DNA of 24,000 bases from Erwinia sorbitola (GTDB lineage Bacteria > Pseudomonadota > Gammaproteobacteria > Enterobacterales > Enterobacteriaceae): NCBI RefSeq assembly GCF_009738185.1, contig NZ_CP046509.1, positions 1,777,361 to 1,801,360 of the forward strand, in the 5' to 3' direction. The notes beneath the pieces are model-generated. The model had not been told where the DNA came from. It did no database searches and worked only from the letters and a program-made list of their open reading frames with translations. Within the stretch, counting starts at the first letter, position 1. Every line of letters starts with the position of its first letter. Made by a program: the position numbers and the translations under genes. Of this stretch, positions 21,472 to 24,000 are shown piece after piece.

Positions 21472-23835
21472 ATGCTTAACAAGATAACCAGTATTGTCAT
21501 CGCGATTGTCGGGATCGCGACGCTCTACATGGGTACAAAATTGCTGATGATAGGCGGTACGCCGTTCTATGCGCTGATGGGCCTCGGTCTGTTGGTAACA
21601 GCGGTAACACTGTTTATGAAAAAAAGAATCGCGCTGACTCTCTACGCTCTGCTGATGTGGATGGTGCTGGCGTGGATGATTTATGAAGTCGGTTTCGATA
21701 AGTGGCAGTGGATCCCGCGTGGAGACATTTTCGGCCTGATCGGCCTGTGGCTGGCAATGCCATGGGTTGTTCGCCCGCTGTATAAAAATGAAGGGCGGCG
21801 TTTTCATCCGTTCCTCGGTACTACGGTGATTGTCATTGTGGCGCTGGTGGTGGGGATGATGTTCTACGATCCTTTGCCGCAGGCCGGCACCATCACCACA
21901 CAGCGTCAGAGTAGCAATACTGATGTGGCTGGCAATGACTGGACGGCCTACGGCGGCACCGCCAATGGTTTGCGTTTCTCCAGTCTGAAACAGATCACTA
22001 AAGATAACGTCAACAAGCTGGATGTTGCCTGGATCTACCATACGGGTGACGTGCGTGACGCCGAAAAAGATGCCACCGAATACACCTTTGAAGCCACGCC
22101 GCTGAAGGTGAATAACAGCGTCTATATCTGTACGCCGCACAATGAAGTGCATGCGCTGAATCCAGAAACCGGAGCGCTGAAGTGGAAATATCAGCCAGCG
22201 AAGGATGCTTCTTATCTGCAACAGCATCAGACCTGTCGTGGCGTGAGCTTCTACGATGGCGGTGATGTGCAGGGTGATACCACAGCTGGTCAGCCAGCGC
22301 TGTGTCGTAAACGTATTTACAACGCCAGTAATGATGCAAAATTGATCGCGCTGGATGCCGATACCGGCAAGCTGTGTGCTGATTTTGGCAAAAATGGCGT
22401 GGTAGATCTGCATACCAATATGGGCCCTGTACGCCCGCATGCACTGATGCAGACAGCGGCACCGCTGGTGGCGGGTAATCTGGTTATTGTTGGCGGTTCA
22501 GTCATGGACAACGGCTATAACACAGGCAATCCGTCAGGAGTGATTCGTGCCTATGATGCGATGTCAGGTCGCCTGGTATGGAACTTCGATCCGGCCAACC
22601 CGGAAAATACCCAACCGATCGCCGCTGACCAGAGCTATCCGCAGGATACGCCAGTGGCGTGGGGCACGCTGAGTGCCGACCTGAAAAATGGTCTGGTGTA
22701 TGTGCCGTTTGGCAATGCCTCGCCGGATGAAGTGGGAATGAAACGTGACGCGAACAGCAACACGGAAAAATTCCGCGATACGCTGGTGGCGTTGGATCTG
22801 AAAACCGGCAGCTTTAAATGGCGCTTCCAGTCGTCGAAAAATGACCTGTGGGATCGTGATAATCCATCGCAGCCTTCACTGCTGGATATTGACTACCAGG
22901 GGCAGAAACAGCCAGTGGTAATCCTGCCGACCAAAACCGGCAACCTGTTTGTACTTAACCGCCTTACCGGTCAGCCGGTATATCCGATTAATCAGGTAGA
23001 TGTCTCTACTCAGGGCATCAGCGGTGAAAAATATTCCCCGACACAGCCTGTTTCGGCGCTGAATTTTATTCCGGCACCGCTAAATGAGAAAGCGATGTGG
23101 GGCCTGACGCCATTTGATCAGATGGCCTGCCGTATCGACTTTAAGTCACTGCGCTATGACGGTAATCCGTGGACGCCAGCGACGGAAGCTGGCTCAATTA
23201 TCTTCCCGGGTAATATCGGCGTATTCAACTGGGGTTCCGTGGCGGTTGATCCCGAGCGTCAGATTCTGATCGCCTCTCCGGTGCGTCTGGCTTACAAATA
23301 TAATCTCATCAAACGTTCAGCGGCCACCGCCGACAAGCGTCTGTTCAGCAAAGATGGTACGCCGTACTGGAATGAGAACTTTGAGGGTGATTACGCCATT
23401 CATATTCAGCAGCTCTCCTCCAGCCTGGGTATTCCGTGTATTGCACCACCCTGGGGTCGTATGGTGGGTGTCGATCTGAAAACCGGTAAAACTGAATGGC
23501 TGCGCCGCGTTGGCACCACCAAAAACCTCAATACCAGCTTCCTGCCGGGCCGCTTCCCGATTGGTTTCCCGATGGGAATGGTGGCTCACGGCGGGCCGTT
23601 AACCACGGCGGGTGATGTGGTGTTCCACGGTGCAACGGCCGATAACTTCTTCCGCGCTTACGACGTAAATACGGGTGAACTGCTGTGGCAAACTGAACTG
23701 CCAGCAGGTGGCCAGGCGACGCCTGCTACCTATATGGGCAGCGATAAGCAGCAGTATGTGGTTATTGCCGCGGGTGGACATGGTTCGCTGGGCACTAAAG
23801 CGGGTGATTCAGTAGTGGCTTTTCGTCTGAAGTAA
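21472..23835 (+). CDS. Membrane-bound PQQ-dependent dehydrogenase, glucose/quinate/shikimate (Gcd/QuiA) family
   Basis: 787 aa with about five N-terminal TM helices, followed by a PQQ beta-propeller. It is colinear with remembered E. coli Gcd (DW.AYG....G.RFS.LKQI...NV..L..AW...TGD; CRGVS(F/Y); SGVIR(A/G)(Y/F)D; KTGN.FVL(N/D)R; GGQATP.TY....KQYVVI.AGGHGS.GTK.GD). Substrate (glucose or quinate) cannot be decided from sequence by eye. Confidence 0.9.
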   Translation: MLNKITSIVIAIVGIATLYMGTKLLMIGGTPFYALMGLGLLVTAVTLFMKKRIALTLYALLMWMVLAWMIYEVGFDKWQWIPRGDIFGLIGLWLAMPWVVRPLYKNEGRRFHPFLGTTVIVIVALVVGMMFYDPLPQAGTITTQRQSSNTDVAGNDWTAYGGTANGLRFSSLKQITKDNVNKLDVAWIYHTGDVRDAEKDATEYTFEATPLKVNNSVYICTPHNEVHALNPETGALKWKYQPAKDASYLQQHQTCRGVSFYDGGDVQGDTTAGQPALCRKRIYNASNDAKLIALDADTGKLCADFGKNGVVDLHTNMGPVRPHALMQTAAPLVAGNLVIVGGSVMDNGYNTGNPSGVIRAYDAMSGRLVWNFDPANPENTQPIAADQSYPQDTPVAWGTLSADLKNGLVYVPFGNASPDEVGMKRDANSNTEKFRDTLVALDLKTGSFKWRFQSSKNDLWDRDNPSQPSLLDIDYQGQKQPVVILPTKTGNLFVLNRLTGQPVYPINQVDVSTQGISGEKYSPTQPVSALNFIPAPLNEKAMWGLTPFDQMACRIDFKSLRYDGNPWTPATEAGSIIFPGNIGVFNWGSVAVDPERQILIASPVRLAYKYNLIKRSAATADKRLFSKDGTPYWNENFEGDYAIHIQQLSSSLGIPCIAPPWGRMVGVDLKTGKTEWLRRVGTTKNLNTSFLPGRFPIGFPMGMVAHGGPLTTAGDVVFHGATADNFFRAYDVNTGELLWQTELPAGGQATPATYMGSDKQQYVVIAAGGHGSLGTKAGDSVVAFRLK

Positions 23836-23842
23836 CCTGAAC

Positions 23843-23871
23843 CGGGGAGCGGCCTGTATTGCCGCTCTCCG
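23843..23871. terminator. Hairpin between convergent genes (probable bidirectional terminator)
   Basis: CGGGGAGCGGC (23843-23853) pairs with GCCGCTCTCCG (23861-23871), with one G-U pair and a 7-nt loop. It lies between the PQQ dehydrogenase stop (23833-23835) and the minus-strand stop at 23872-23874. Confidence 0.5.
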
Positions 23872-24000
23872 TTAGTTATTATCAAGCTGGTCGGCCACAT
23901 AGAGCAGGAAGCGGTCGTCCAGATTACTGAGGTTCATTCCGGTCAGTTCGGCAATTCGTTTGAGGCGATAGTCCAGGGTGTTTTTATGAATAAACAGCGC
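23872..24000 (-). CDS. CdaR/PucR-family transcriptional regulator, C-terminal HTH fragment (5' part outside window)
   Basis: The minus-strand frame reads ALFIHKNTLDYRLKRIAELTGMNLSNLDDRFLLYVADQLDNN*. This matches the C-terminal PucR-type HTH of CdaR/SdaR (remembered as LFIHRNTLEYRL.RI.ELTGL.L...DDR.LLYVALQL). Confidence 0.8.
   Translation of the reverse strand, partial: ALFIHKNTLDYRLKRIAELTGMNLSNLDDRFLLYVADQLDNN

Noticed and set aside
21433-22440. 335-aa minus-strand ORF, and other long antisense ORFs (1284-1859, 2421-2879, 6989-7492, 12444-12923, 14477-15013, 17533-18033, 20847-21266, 22010-22462).
   Set aside because: All lie entirely inside well-supported genes on the opposite strand. They have low-complexity or Arg/His/Cys-rich compositions typical of shadow frames in GC-rich coding DNA, and they lack SDs.

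Overview
Chromosomal segment from an Enterobacterales-type genome. This placement rests on gene content, E. coli-like ydiL / ydiN / ydiB / aroD synteny and REP-like GC-rich palindromes. I support 21 CDS, 2 of them truncated by the window edges. In order: (1) two tandem paralogous TonB-dependent hydroxamate-type siderophore receptors, each with a near-identical terminator. (2) A 115-aa two-TM protein that aligns to the K+-channel pore domain but has a degenerate filter. (3) A sigma-54 AcoR-like activator co-transcribed with a lipoate-ligase-family gene, convergent with a butanediol/acetoin dehydrogenase gene that has a textbook -24/-12 promoter, an IHF site and an upstream palindrome. (4) amn. 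(5) A LacI-family repressor with two tandem N-terminal HTH domains, divergent from an ascorbate-family PTS IIA-IIB-IIC operon; the two are separated by a ~0.5 kb tandem array of 67-71 bp palindrome-containing units. (6) A LysR regulator. (7) A minus-strand hydroaromatic operon: FMN/FeS/FAD enoate-reductase-family gene, ydiB, MFS transporter, aroD. (8) ydiL. (9) An AT-rich islet with an MqsR-like toxin and a zinc-ribbon antitoxin whose C-terminal half is not MqsA-like. (10) A membrane-bound PQQ dehydrogenase of the glucose/quinate family. (11) The 3' end of a CdaR/PucR-type regulator. The best candidates for undescribed biology are the chimeric MqsRA-like module, the double-headed LacI repressor and the palindromic array that abuts its start codon. 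All homology statements come from reading the translations against remembered family sequences. No database search was run.
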